A stretch of 64,000 nucleotides of DNA from the human T2T-CHM13v2.0 reference genome, Homo sapiens, in the NCBI RefSeq assembly GCF_009914755.1, contig NC_060941.1; one strand, 5' to 3'. The position numbers and the translations under genes were made by a program. This document shows positions 16,567 to 33,723 of this stretch, one piece after another; the stretch's first letter is position 1, and each line of letters opens with the position of its first letter. The notes beneath the pieces were generated by a model that saw only the letters and a list, made by a program, of their open reading frames with translations, made no database searches and was not told the origin of the DNA.

Positions 16567-18683
16567 TTACTAAGGGTGTGATCTTGGGCATGTTATGTGA
16601 CCCCTCTGAGCTTCAGTTTCCTTATCTGTAGAACAAGGATACTAGTACCTAAGTCACAGGCTGGTTGTGAGGGTTAAACACTAAGACATGTAAAGAAAGC
16701 ACTTATCAGAGCACCTGATACACTAAACTCTCAGTTAATGGCCATCATTGTCAGTAATGAGACTCAACCATTAAAATAAAACTTGGAGACAGGATTTATG
16801 GAAGAAAGTTTCAAAGGGGCAGATTTCAGCACAGAAAACAGATTTATTCTTTTTTGAAAAAAGTTTATTACAGAAAAATTCAAACATATACATAAATAAA
16901 AGAATATAATGAACTTCCATATACCCAACAACACCCAGCTTCAACAATTATCAATCAAGGCCACTTTTATATCATGCAAACTGCTCTAGATGGATCTAGT
17001 CCATTTTAATCTAGTTATTTTGGTCACAAGGGTAGGTATTTTCTTATAGGAGAGGGAATTCGGGATTTAGAGTCTGAAAATGTGTTTCACCTTTGATTAA
17101 ATGTATGACCTTGGGCAGGTCACTTAATTCTTTTGATCCTCAGTAAAATGAAGATCTTTCATCTGTAAAATAAAATTGATAACACTGGCTACACATACAA
17201 AAAGTGTACAGGCAGTGAGATGTCTGTGAAAGAGGCTCAAAAAGGAAGCACTATGTAAACACCTGCCACTGTGTACAGCACCAGGTGTGGCTCAACAAAC
17301 ATTTATTGAGGTTATTGTTAAGTATTAGGTCATGCCAAAAAAAAAAGAGAAAACCCAACTCTTCAATTTTAGGTTGCACCATTGAGCTTCTCTTGTCACA
17401 TTGCAAATGTGGTCACTAAGGCAACTGGGCCAGACAGAATGGATGACTCATCCTGCTCCAACCTAGTATGCACATCCTGTTGGTCCAGGAGAGTCACTTC
17501 TCATACCACATGTCCTTGTTCAATGTCAAGGCCTGGAAAATGTCAAATCATGTCAAAAGTCTCCAGTCCTATATCTCCGTGAAGGTTCAGAGTGAGAACT
17601 GCAGAGCCAGTGGGCAAGACCTGAAAATTATATTTTGAAAAAGCAGCTGTTGTGAACACAAGCCAAATCACCCTTTCAAAAAGAATTTGGAGGTAAGTCT
17701 CAGATACAGAATTTAAAGCTGCAAGAGGAGACTATAGGTGAATGCCTGACCCAAAGGTTGGTCCGAAAACTATTTTGACTACAGCCAGAGAGATGCTATT
17801 TCTTCCTTATTTTTCTTCCCTTACAGAGAAGAGAATTTTAGAATTTCATCTTTGCCCTAACCTCTGCCTCCTGGTGGCCCATGAAAACAATATTGTCCTG
17901 CTCAGCAGGGCAAAGCCTCCTATTTCCAGCTGTCCTTTACCCATCCCGTAGCTCCACACTGAGGTCCCCGCTGTAGATGGATTTCTCAGCCAGTGATTTT
18001 CTCACTACTGAGCCCCAGCTGTTTTGCATCCGTGGAGCACATGAGGGCGAGAGCAGAAATGAAAGGACCAAGGCAGTGTCAGCGCACTAGGGTCCAGGTC
18101 ACTGGTGATTCCAGTTTTTAATGAACATGGAGTCCAGGGACCTGAAAGGAAGGTCAGAGTTCACAGAAGAGTAAGCACAATATGCGTCTGGATTATTAAA
18201 TCCTCACTGTGCAGACATCACTGTTCCTCAATACCCATTCCTCTCAGGGGTTCAGTGTTGCCCTGAGCAGTCAGGGCTCCTGATCTCCTGGAAGCCTTTG
18301 ACTTCATGCTGTCAAAGGAGTATGAAGGACATTTGACAACTGGGTTATGTCCTAAGAATTTGATTCCCACTCTGACTCTCCAGGTTTCTGACTTCTCCTT
18401 TTCCCCAGAAAGAATCCATAACCAAGTCTCCAAAGTGGCTCCAGGAGAAAGATGTGGCCTGCAGAAGGGAAGTCTTACTCAGAGGTCTATTCTGGCCTCT
18501 GCTTAATTCAGCTGTTCCCCGTATTTTCATTTGGTCATGCCTTTGAATTTCAGAGATCTTGACTTCCTGGTTCCATCACTGGAAAGAATACGTTTGCTGG
18601 TGGGAAGCAGTCTTTATTTCTTCCACTTCAGAGTTGTTTTCTTTATCGGCTTCTAGGAGAAGATACTATCCACTTCTCTCCCT

Positions 18684-18981
18684 CTTTTTTTTTTTTTTTT
18701 TTGAAACAGGGTCTCACTCTGTCACCCAGGCTCGAGTGCAGTGGCATGATTTGGCTTATTGCAAACTCAACCTCCTGGGCTCAAGTGATCCTTCCACCTC
18801 AGCCTCTTGAGTAGCTGGGACTATAGTTGCACACCACCACACCCAGCTAATTTTTGTAATTTGTTTAGAGACGGGGTCTTGCCCCATTGCCCAGGCTGGT
18901 CTCAAACTCCTGGACTCAAGCAACCCACCTGCCTCAGTCTCCCAAAAAGCTGGGAGTATAGGCATAAGCCACAACGCCTGG
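18684..18981 (-). mobile_element. AluJ
   Basis: Poly-T then reverse dimer; TSD ACTATCCACTTCTCT. Confidence 0.9.
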
Positions 18982-19472
18982 CACTATCCACTTCTCTGCA
19001 AAAAGGCGATGCCCATTTTTGGTGGTAGTTGTGGTTAAGCCAGGCATGTAGATGTTCACATGACAAGGTATAGGGAAAACCCAAAAGGAATCCTAGAGTC
19101 ACTGAGAGATCTCAGGGCATCTGGTCCAAGCTTCCACCCAAGACTCTCCCCTACTATATCACTGATGGATGGTCATACACTGATGCTTTAACAGCTCAAG
19201 TGGTAGGGACCTCATTTGGAAGCCCAGCTCAATTTTGGACAGTTTTTATTTAAGAAAACAAAACAAAAACAAACAAAACTTTTTTTTCTATTCATTTTCT
19301 AATTTCACTCAAAGAAGCAAAATGGGATGAATGGAAGCCCTCTCAAGAACCTCATGTGACATCCCTTCAAATCTATGAAAATATTTATAATGTCTGCACT
19401 GAGTCTTTTCTCCTCTAAAGTAAGCATTTCAGGTTACTTCAACAACACCTTATGCAGGGAAATAACAATTAA

Positions 19473-19913
<441 letters not shown>

Positions 19914-20428
19914 TAACTTACCTATGGTTGAAAGGATTAAATGAGATGATATATGCCTACATTATCTGATTATTATAAAACATTATACATATGCTTTGTA
20001 ATCACCATCATACTCTCCTCTGTTCTGGCTGACCTCCTCTGGATCTCTCTAGTTCATAGTGTTCAGCTAAAAATAGCAGTTGTTAGTTCAATAGGCATCT
20101 ATGAGCCAAACACTGTACTAGGCACTGGGGAAAACAAGGACTAACAAGATGATCCCTGTCTTCAAGGTAACCAGGGGATTATAAATGCACTGGTGTAAAA
20201 GCCATGGTACAGGTGTGCATGTGGAGCACTATTAGAATACAGGGGAAGGGCTCCTAACTCAGGGCCGAAGGAAGCAACACTTGGAATGGGTCTTAGAGAA
20301 TGCATAGAAGTTATCTAAATAAACCAGAGGAAGGTAAGAGGGCATTGTAGGCAGGGATGAAAACATGCAAAGCCATGAAGTTTAGTTGGGATAAAGATAA
20401 GCTATTTTGAGTTCAAAAAGTCATTGTT

Positions 20429-20715
<287 letters not shown>

Positions 20716-20719
20716 GTCA

Positions 20720-22650
<1,931 letters not shown>

Positions 22651-22796
22651 TGTGCCAAAAAAAAAAAAAAAAAAGATGTTTCAGTATGAGTCAACTCCGG
22701 GTGTCTGCTCCCCGCAAAAAAAGTCAGCAAAACAAAACATGAAAGTAACCATGAGCTGTATTACTAGAAATATATTTTAGTTTTTATTTAAAAAAA

Positions 22797-23085
22797 TTTT
22801 TTTTGAGACAGAGACTCACTCTGTTGCCTCAGCTGGAGTGTAGTGGTGCAATCTTGGCTCACTGTAACCTGTGCCTCCTAGGTTCAAATGATTCTCATGC
22901 CTCAGCTTCCTGAGTAGCTGGGATTACAGGTGCGTGCCACAGCACCCGGCTAATTTTTGTATTTTTAGTAAAGATGGGGTTTCATCATGTTGGCCAGGCT
23001 GGGCTCGAACTCCTGCCCTCAAGTGATCCACCCACCTCGGCCTCCCAAAGTGCTGGAATTACAGGCGTGAGCCACTGCGCCTGAC
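22797..23085 (-). mobile_element. AluS
   Basis: Reverse dimer. Confidence 0.92.
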
Positions 23086-23657
23086 TGCTAGAGATATAAT
23101 ATTTTAGTATGAGCATGGACAGGTTACTTATCCTCTGTAAGTGTCAATTCTATTGGATGTAAATGAGAATTATGATAATACTTTGCTTCTTGGAGTTATG
23201 GCAAAAAGTAAATATGGTTAGCCTTGTCATTTAAATCTTGAAGATCTTTACTTTATCTGAAGAGAGAAAACCAAAAAAGTGAATAGATTTGCTGTATCTG
23301 TCAGCTATAATATTATACCATCTATGCGAAGTGTCCAATCTGTCTCATCTTTACCGTCGTATTCATTCATTTATCTTTTCAACAGTTCATATATACTTAC
23401 AAGATACATATTTTCCTAGATACTAAGGATACAAAAATGAATAGACGTATTAACAGGTGAAAACAGCAATGTGCTATGTGCCCAGCAGTGGGCTGACCAT
23501 GGCACAGAGAGAGCAAACAAGGAGAGAGTTTCATGCTGTTTGGAATGGCAGGGAAGGCTTCTGCAAGAAAGTGACATTTGAACTGCATCTGGGATGATAA
23601 AGATTTTCTAGACAGAGAATGAGTAGAAGATCATTCAGACAAATGAAAGGACTTATT

Positions 23658-24300
<643 letters not shown>

Positions 24301-26999
24301 AAGAGTGCCATGTTTTAGAGGGACAAGTAACCAAGTAAGACTGAATCTCAAGGAAATATGAAAAGCCAGAAACATTAGGAACATGGGTCACAGTTCTTAA
24401 AGGAGAGAGTTACTTAAGCACCAACCTTCTGTTTATCTTCTTCTTCCCATTTTCAGAGCCTGTCTCCTAAAACCCAATATCTTTTCGTTCTTAGAATTTT
24501 CTCTCCTCCCAGGTATCCTTGCATTTTAAGATTTGCAGATACAACCTGGAATTGGTCTCTTCCTCATTGTAGATTTCAGATTTTTTGACCCCACACAGTA
24601 CGTCCTACCTGCCCACTCTGCCCTTTAATGGGCTTATCTTGGCTCTCTCGCCATGACACTCCCTGAAAGCTTGTCATGTGTGGAGAGCTCTCGGTTTCCT
24701 CTGATATCGCCTCCAGCTTATTGAAATTCCGTGGGCCTCCATTTCTGTAGCTACCAATCAGGGCTGATGATGGGAGAGGTGAAAGTGAAAGTGCAGGAGA
24801 CTCATGAGGCTTTAACTTGGTCTTATAAAAAGAAGCTGTAAATCCCACCCCACCCCCTTATACTCTCACTGTCGTTTAATGATTTTTACTGATTCTCGGC
24901 AAAAATTGATATTCCCCTTGGTCAGGGGGCTGAGTGACTATCTGCAAAGTAAGTGAAATATTGCAGATTTGGAGTCCCTTAGCTTGTGAAAATTACCAAG
25001 ACCCATTATTTCAGCTGGTTGTCTCCAGGCCGGCTCCAACATATGAAAAAAGAACTTGTAAGGTGCCTGGATCCTGCCTTCCCATAAACTATTTAATCTG
25101 TTTGACACCTCTTGCTGGTAAAAGCTCAGGTAAAGACATACTGAAGCTAGACGAGAGCTAGGATCTCTAAATATGTTGAAAATGTTATCTGTTCTTTCTC
25201 AAATATGTCTCTCCTATTCAGGTATTTGCTCTGTGATAGCCTTTTACCTTGGCAGCCACTGAGGCTCTGTGCCTTGTATTTCAAAACTGATAAGGAAAGG
25301 CAAGATCCTCCCACACTGTTCCCTCAGAGCACTTGGTGAGGATGGGCCATATGTGATGTGGACCGCGTGGCCTCGCTACCAGTGGCTCACCCCCCTCCCC
25401 CTTCTTGTGCATGCCTTGCTCATCTAGAGAGCAGAAGGTAATGGGAAGGAGAAAATAAATGGGCTTTCTCTGAGGATCTCACACAGGCACTCCAGTGATC
25501 TCCTTATCTGCAGACTTGGCAAATTCTTTACAACATCTGATCAAGGAAGGGCTTTTTTGATGTTTCTGCATGTTCTCGATTTACTGCCCTGCTGCTGGGA
25601 TATGACGAGATGCCTGTATCAGGAGCCCCTCAGAGCTTTCCAGATGGGCTGCAAAGTCTGCATATTTTTAAATAAACAACAAGCTAGTCTCAGAATGTGG
25701 CTTCTTTGGGGTTAAAGCAACATTTGCATAAAGCAGAAGAGCAGATGCCAGACCCAAGTTATCTACTGCCCCTAATCTGGCTCTGTGTCCCTTTCCTCTC
25801 CTCTGCCTGCCTCTCCCCATCATGTTAATTCTGCTGTCAGGACCCTCTACAGGTTCCCCAGGACCTGGGCTGAGTTATAGGATGGGAAGCTGCTTGTAGC
25901 CTCCAGGTTTCTGCCTTCCATCTGCCTTGCAGCTGGCTCTGCAGTCCAATGATGGGAGATTCACAGGTGAAAGGAGTTGGACATTTGGACTTTTGATCTG
26001 CTTATTCCCCAAAGTCTTCAAAGCTCTGACCCATATATCTACCATGATGGGGTTTTTAACAAGGTGGGGGAGGAAGCGATGTGCAGGGAGGCTGATTCAT
26101 GTGAGGGCAGGAAACTGGGCAATGCTGTGGTCTCTAACTCTGGGACTGAAAGCCCCCACTTCTTACTCCTCCCTGTATCATGACTCCCACTATCTGGATA
26201 GTCATAGCATTCCATGCCCATTGGAAGGATTTAGAAAGAGATGTCCTCAAAGAAAACGCTTCTCAAATTCATTTTAATAACCCCCTTCTCATTTTCCCAG
26301 GCTTGCTGTGGTATAGAAACTGGACCTTCAACTGCAAGATCAGTCACGTTCAAACAATATCTTTCCAAACATGGAGAAGACCACCCCAAGCGGAAGATCC
26401 CTAAAGCAAAACTACCCATCACCGCCAAGCCATGGACTATTAGAGGTTTTCGCAAAATCTGAGTCAGTGTCTGACTTGGACTCTGTTTGCAGTGATTCTC
26501 ATCTTAAAGGGTTACACAGAGAGGGGTATTCTCTTGCTGAACCTGATGATCTTGGCTATTTGGGCAGTCTGCTTGATTTTTCTTTTCCAAAAGGAAAAAG
26601 AGGAGGGAGTGACCTAAGACGCTAAACAATGCTTGATGATCTGATACCTAGGGGTAGTGTTGAGGAGTAGGGAGAAAGAGAGGCCATCATCCTAAATGTA
26701 CTGCATATTCAACATATGTAAATGTATATAAATTCTTGAGGACCAGAGGCAGAAAAAGAAAATTATATGTTGCTTTTCAGATATATGATCTGGAATACAT
26801 TACTTATTTTCTCCAAGCCTTGGGCTCTTCATATGTAAAGTGAGAATAATGATCATACTAACCTCCCAGAGATGTAGTGAGAGATAAGCGCTAATAGCAA
26901 AGTGCTAGATAAATGTCAATAACAATAACGACAACAAAGCTAGTAACAGCTGCCACCAAGGAGGAAGGTGGGGATACAGTTTCATGAAAGAAATAGATA

Positions 27000-27311
27000 G
27001 TCAGGCATCGTAGCTCATGTCTGTAATCCCAGTGACTCAGGAGGCTGTGGCTGGAGGATTGCTTGAGCCGAGGAGTTCCAGACCAGCCTGGGCAACTTAG
27101 TGAGGCTCTGTCTCTAAAAAAAATGAAATAAATTCGTCAAGCGTGGTGACACACACCTGTAGTCCCAGCTACTTGGGAGGCTAACTTGTGAGGATCTCTT
27201 GAGATCTCTTGAGCCCAGGAGTTTGAGGCTGCAGTGAGCTATGATGGCATCACTATACCCCAGCACGGGCAACAGAGCTAGACCCTGTTTCTAAAAAAGA
27301 AAAGAAAAGAA
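27000..27311 (+). mobile_element. AluJ
   Basis: Diverged dimer leading into a GA-rich tail. Confidence 0.88.
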
Positions 27312-27540
27312 AAGAGAGAGAGAGGAAAGAAAGAAAGAGAGGAAGAAGGAAGGAAAAAGGAAGGAAGGAAGGAAGGAAAAGGGAGGGAGGAAGGAAGGAA
27401 GGAAAGAAGGAAGGGAGGGAGGAAGAGAGAGAAGGAGGGAGGAAAGGAGGGAGGGAGGAAGAGAGAGAAGGAGGGAGGAAAGGAGGGAGGGAGGAAGAGA
27501 GAGAAGGAGGGAGGAAGGGAGGGAGGGAGGAATGAAGGAA
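27312..27540 (+). repeat. Polypurine (GA/GGAA) low-complexity tract
   Basis: About 230 nt almost exclusively A/G, with (GGAA)5 at 27359-27378 and a roughly 37-bp internal repeat. Confidence 0.9.
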
Positions 27541-28345
27541 TTACCTGAACAGCAATGGAAAAGAGGAGTGGAAATAGTTAGCTTCCCTAGCCTAGGTCAT
27601 CTGCACTTCCTTCCCTTGAGATAACAGGGCCTCTCCTTCTCACCTGTCCACATTGTTTCTCTGCACTAATGCTCCTTTCCCTTCTCATAAATTACAGATT
27701 CTACTCGGCAAATGTTTGCTTGCCACAAATGGCTGCTGATGTGGCAGCTCCCTTTCTGAGCTTGGAGATTTGTATGGATTAAGGTATCAGTGACTGATGC
27801 AGCCCCAGAGCTCAAGTAGATGGACACAATTTGCAAGAGAAAGAGAATTCCTCTCATTTCTCACTCCCAGCCTGCCCCATAGTCCTTCCCTGCCCCGGCT
27901 ATCCTGCTTATGTCAATAGAAACACAGTGCTAGCTCAAGGGATATAGTATTCTCACTGTATTAGAATTTATCTGATTATACAATATTTTCTATTCAGTTC
28001 TGGATACCTCATTTTATAGAATATATTAACTAAGGAAGGAAGAACAGAGTGAGGAAAGATCTGGAAATCAGGTCTCAGGAGGAACAAATGAAGAAATTGA
28101 GAATGTATATTGCTCAACAGAGGGAAAGACCTATGGGCACACAGGACAGCTGTCTTCAAATATTTGGAGAGGTAGCGTAGGGAAAAGGAGTTAAGAGTTA
28201 TTGTGTTGGCTCCAGAGGGCAACAAAGAAGTAGAATCAATGGGTGTAAGTGCCAAGAAGGCAAACTCCCATTCCATATAAAGAACCATTCTATCATTTAC
28301 AGCAGCCTAACATTATGGGAGTCTTCCTTATAAATAGTGATCTCT

Positions 28346-28982
<637 letters not shown>

Positions 28983-29402
28983 TAAAGCCTGCCTCAATTG
29001 AAAGGAGAGGATGGAAGAGGGCTCCTCTAGGTTTCCACATGACCCAAGAGAAGAATCTGAGTTATTTCTCAGGGACTGGGCAAACATTTACACTCGTCAC
29101 CAAAAACAAAACTGAGAATTAAACTTAAAGGTTCTGGGAAGGATAAAAAGAGGGAAGTGGGTATTTTCTTGTTTACTAAGGGAGGAATCCGACTTTGAGA
29201 GCAACTCAGCACCTGCCCAATGCAGAGGTAATACTGAAAAAGAGGTTTATGGTATCTATTAAATTAAATGGAAACCTAAGGCATTGTTTTTGTCTGGAGA
29301 TTTGTGTACAAGAGGACTAGAGGAAGAAAAAGAATAAAGCAAAATCTGCATTGAATTTTTTTCCAGTCTCCCATATTCCTTTGATTTTGAAAAAAATAAA
29401 GA

Positions 29403-29630
29403 GGTCAGATGTGGCTCATGCCTGTAATCCCAATGCTTTGGGAGGCCAAGGCAGGAGGATCACTTGAGCCCAGGAGTTCAAGACCAGCCTAAGCAACATA
29501 GTGAGAGCCCATATCCACAAAAAGTAGAAAAAAATTACTCGGGTGTGGTGGTGCATGCCTGTAGTCCCAGCAACTTGGGAGGCTGAGGCAGGAGGATTAG
29601 CTTGAGCCCAGGAGGTCGAGGTTGAGGTTG
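29403..29630 (+). mobile_element. 3'-truncated AluJ
   Basis: Left arm and partial right arm. Confidence 0.85.
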
Positions 29631-29799
29631 AGGCTCAAATAGAAACTCCAGAGGGTGGAAGAGAAAGAGACTGTTTTCTCATAATTAACAATACTTGTCT
29701 CCCTCGCCAGCTTTCTCTGGTTATGCAGAAACCAGGTCTGCAAAACTGTGTACAAGGTCAGTTTGTTTTCTGACTGAGAACACAAGGAACAATGCTTGT

Positions 29800-30148
<349 letters not shown>

Positions 30149-30466
30149 TAAGGGAGGCCAGCAAGTCTGCAGCAATGTGTCCAGGTGTGGATTTCAATGG
30201 GTTTTCAATGGGTGTAAAACGTGCGAACTGTGGGTGGGAACCTGCAAGCACTCAGAGTCTTTCAAAGTCATTTTTTGTAATTCCCATTTCCAACATCCAG
30301 ATTACTGGATTTGAGTGTTCTGAATGGAGACCCCATGCTGGATTCAGGCCTTGCCCCATCCCAGCCCACCCATCCTCCAGGGATGCCTTCCTGCTTTGCT
30401 CAGACTCTTTCTAGTCCAGCGTCTCTCCTGCCCTACTCAAGTGTGGGGATTGAAAATTGAGTTTTG

Positions 30467-31062
30467 GGGCTGGGCACAGTGGCTCATGCCTATAATCCCA
30501 GCACTTTGGGAGGCTGAGGCAGGTGGATCACTTGAGGCCAGGAGCTCAAGACTAGCCTGGACATCATGGTGAAACCCTGTCTCTACTAAAAAATTACAAA
30601 AATTTGCCAGGTATGATGGCTCACACCCGTGGTCCCAGCTACTCAGGAGGTTGAGGCATGAGAATCACTTGAACCCAGGAGGCAGAGGTTGCATTGAGCT
30701 GAGATGGTGCCACTGCACTCCAGCCTGGGAAACAGAGCAAGACTGTCTCAAAAACAAACAAACAAACAAAAAAGCCAGGCGCGGTGGCTCACACCTGTAA
30801 TCCCAGCATGTTGGAAGGCCGAGGCAGGTGGATCACAAGGCCAGGAGTTCAAGACCAGCCTGGCCAAGATGGCGAAACCCCATCTCTACTAAAAATACAA
30901 AAATTAGTTGGCTGTGGTGGCAGGCGCCTGTAATCCCAGCTACTCAGGAGGCTGAGGCAGAGAATCACTTGAATCCAGGAGGTTGGAGGTTGCACTGAGC
31001 TGATATCGCGTCACTGCACTCCAGCCTAGGAGAGCAGGTCTCTGTCTCAAAAAAAAAAAAAA
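30467..31062 (+). mobile_element. Two tandem Alus (about 30467-30773 and 30774-31062)
   Basis: Two full dimers head-to-tail. Confidence 0.92.
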
Positions 31063-31474
31063 ATGAGTTTTGGAAGAAGACTGAGTGTGAATAGGAGAGA
31101 TAGTGGAGTAACTGGAGGTGATGGAAGAGAGGAAGTTCTGGGCCTGAGAAGAACATGAGGTAGCTCTTCCTGCCATCTATCTGCCTGCTGTGCTTCCAGG
31201 AAGATACACCTCAAAGGCATCCCCCTGCACAGCTTGTTGTACACATTTTGCCTCTTCAGACTTTCCGGCTTGAAAAGTGACAGCTCCTGGCAGAAGCTTT
31301 GAGCTGGTCTGAAATGAGGAATCAGAGAACTCTGGCCAAAATTATTAGATCCTTGCCCTGGACTCTTGAACCTTCATTTTCCTTCAAGTGAGGAATTCTC
31401 TCTCCTAGCTTCATTCTCCCTAGTGGGGGGTCCTAATGTAGAAATCTAACCCCAGGGTGGAACAGGCAGGTGAT

Positions 31475-31765
31475 CTTTTTTTTCTTTTTTTTTTTTTTGA
31501 GACGGAGTTTCGCTCTTGTTGCCCAGGCTCAATCTTGGCTCACCACAACCTCCGCCTCCCGCGTTCAAGTGATTCTCCTGCCTCAGCCTCCCGAGTAGCT
31601 GGGATTACAGGCATGCGCCACCACATCTGGCTGATTTTGTATTTTTATTAGAGGCAGGGTTTCTCCATGTTGGTCAGGCTGGTCTTGAACTCCCGACCTC
31701 AGGTGGTCCATCTGCCTCGACCTCCCAAAGTGTTGGGATTACAGGCGTGAACCACCATGCCCAGG
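31475..31765 (-). mobile_element. AluS
   Basis: Reverse dimer; TSD CAGGCAGGTGA. Confidence 0.92.
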
Positions 31766-32612
31766 CAGGTGACCCTCTTTTTTCTCCTTTTCCTTTTCCT
31801 TGCCAGTTTTCTCCTTCCCTCTGCCTGACTCAAGTCAGGTTCCAGGTCCTGTTTCTGTGGCATCAGGATGCATGTGTGTAGATCCATGTGCGGAAGAAGG
31901 AAGCAAGAAGATGTCATCAATTCTCAACAATTTCCACTGATGGTAACCGACCATGCCAGACTGATCTTCCCAAGGGCTCTGTGAAGCTTCCAACAGGTGG
32001 CCATCCTTGCCCTTGAGTTCCAGTAATGTTGTCCCCTTTCTGATCCCAAAAAATCTAAACCCATAGCCCTGTGTGAATTCACCTTACTCACCCTAGAAGG
32101 GGGAAGACAACCCAGATGTTTTTGGAAAAGATGAAACCAAACCCTGGTATAGTGGTGGAGAAGGGAATCTGACACTAGCTTCTGTGGGAAGTGGGAAGAT
32201 GGAAAGGAAGGTTTGAGACAGGCTCACTTCTCTTGGGTGTCCCTGCAGGAGGTCTTCTCTGTCCATTTTCTGCCAATAGAAACATCCAGCTGGTCCTTCA
32301 AATCCTTTACATTTCCAAAGTTGAGTCTTTTCTTGGGTTTACACTTGCTAAAGTAAAGGAAGCCAAACAAAACAAAAGAACAAACAAAAACTCTGTGGGA
32401 GAACCCTTAGATCAGACTCGCCCTAAAGCTATCCAGTGAATGCTTTGTCATTTGCCTGAGATAAATTCCTCTAACAGAAGGGAGGGAGAAAGAAAATGCC
32501 TCCCAAGTCCTCATCCATCTCTAACCCTGTCTGAAATATCTTCATATTAACATATTCATTATGATAGCACTATTAGACTAATCAAACATCTAAAGCTAAC
32601 ATCGTTTCTTCA

Positions 32613-32935
<323 letters not shown>

Positions 32936-33104
32936 TAACATCATTTCAGAACACCATTTTTGGGGTGCTTGTCTTCTAGGCAGAAGAATTTTGCTTCAAT
33001 ATTCGTTTATTTAACAGATATTTACTGAGCATCTACTATGTTCCAGGCATTGTTATAGGCACTGGAAATGGAACAAGGAACAAAACAAACAAAAATCCCT
33101 GCTT

Positions 33105-33242
33105 AGCTGGGTGCAGTAGGCATACACCTGTACAGTCCCAGCTACTCAGCAGGCTAAGGCCAGAGGATGGCTTGAGCCCAGGAGTTCAAGTCTAGCCTGG
33201 ACAACATAGCGAGACTTTGTCTCTAAGGAAAAAAAAAAAAAA
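33105..33242 (+). mobile_element. Alu monomer (FLAM/FRAM) in an L2 remnant
   Basis: Monomer with poly-A tail; L2-like flanks tttactgagcatctactatgttccaggca. Confidence 0.75.
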
Positions 33243-33706
33243 GTCCTGTCTTCATGGATCTTACATTCTAGAATGTTAGGAGATAAGAGATCAGTTTTCA
33301 GATGTGTTGCTGAAAACCCAAGTGTCACTTATTTATTGTATTAGCTCTTTTCGTGTCTTTGGAAAGAGTTCAGACTGTTACAAATTTACCAAGTTTCTCT
33401 ACCATAAACCATGGTTTATAATATTGCACACAGCTATGTGAAGCTTTTACAGTCCTGGATCATGTCCCCAACCCGACAGTTCCATTTTAGCCAATCTCCA
33501 CGCACTCTTCCCCCAAAAGACAATCATTTGCTGAGTCTTCTCTTCTTCTAGAGGCCTAGGCTGCTGGTCCAGTAAGGGTGGAGAGACCAGGACATGACCC
33601 CACGACTGACTGGTGCCCTTCCCCCGCTCTTCTGGCCTCAGCAGTCCCCCGACAGGCGGCTCTGTCAGGGCTGGGGAGTGGAGGGGGCTGCAAGCCATTG
33701 CAGGGC

Positions 33707-33723
33707 TGAACTCTCTATGAACC
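33707..33723 (-). promoter_or_regulatory. HOXB1 3' DR5 retinoic acid response element
   Basis: GGTTCA-TAGAG-AGTTCA on minus strand, about 8.6 kb 3' of the HOXB1 ATG; matches the known Hoxb1 3' DR5 RARE. Confidence 0.9.

Noticed and set aside
26241-26462. Lysine-rich ORF that looked like a pseudogene fragment
   Set aside because: No parent protein recognised and no poly-A or TSD; kept only as a possible lncRNA exon
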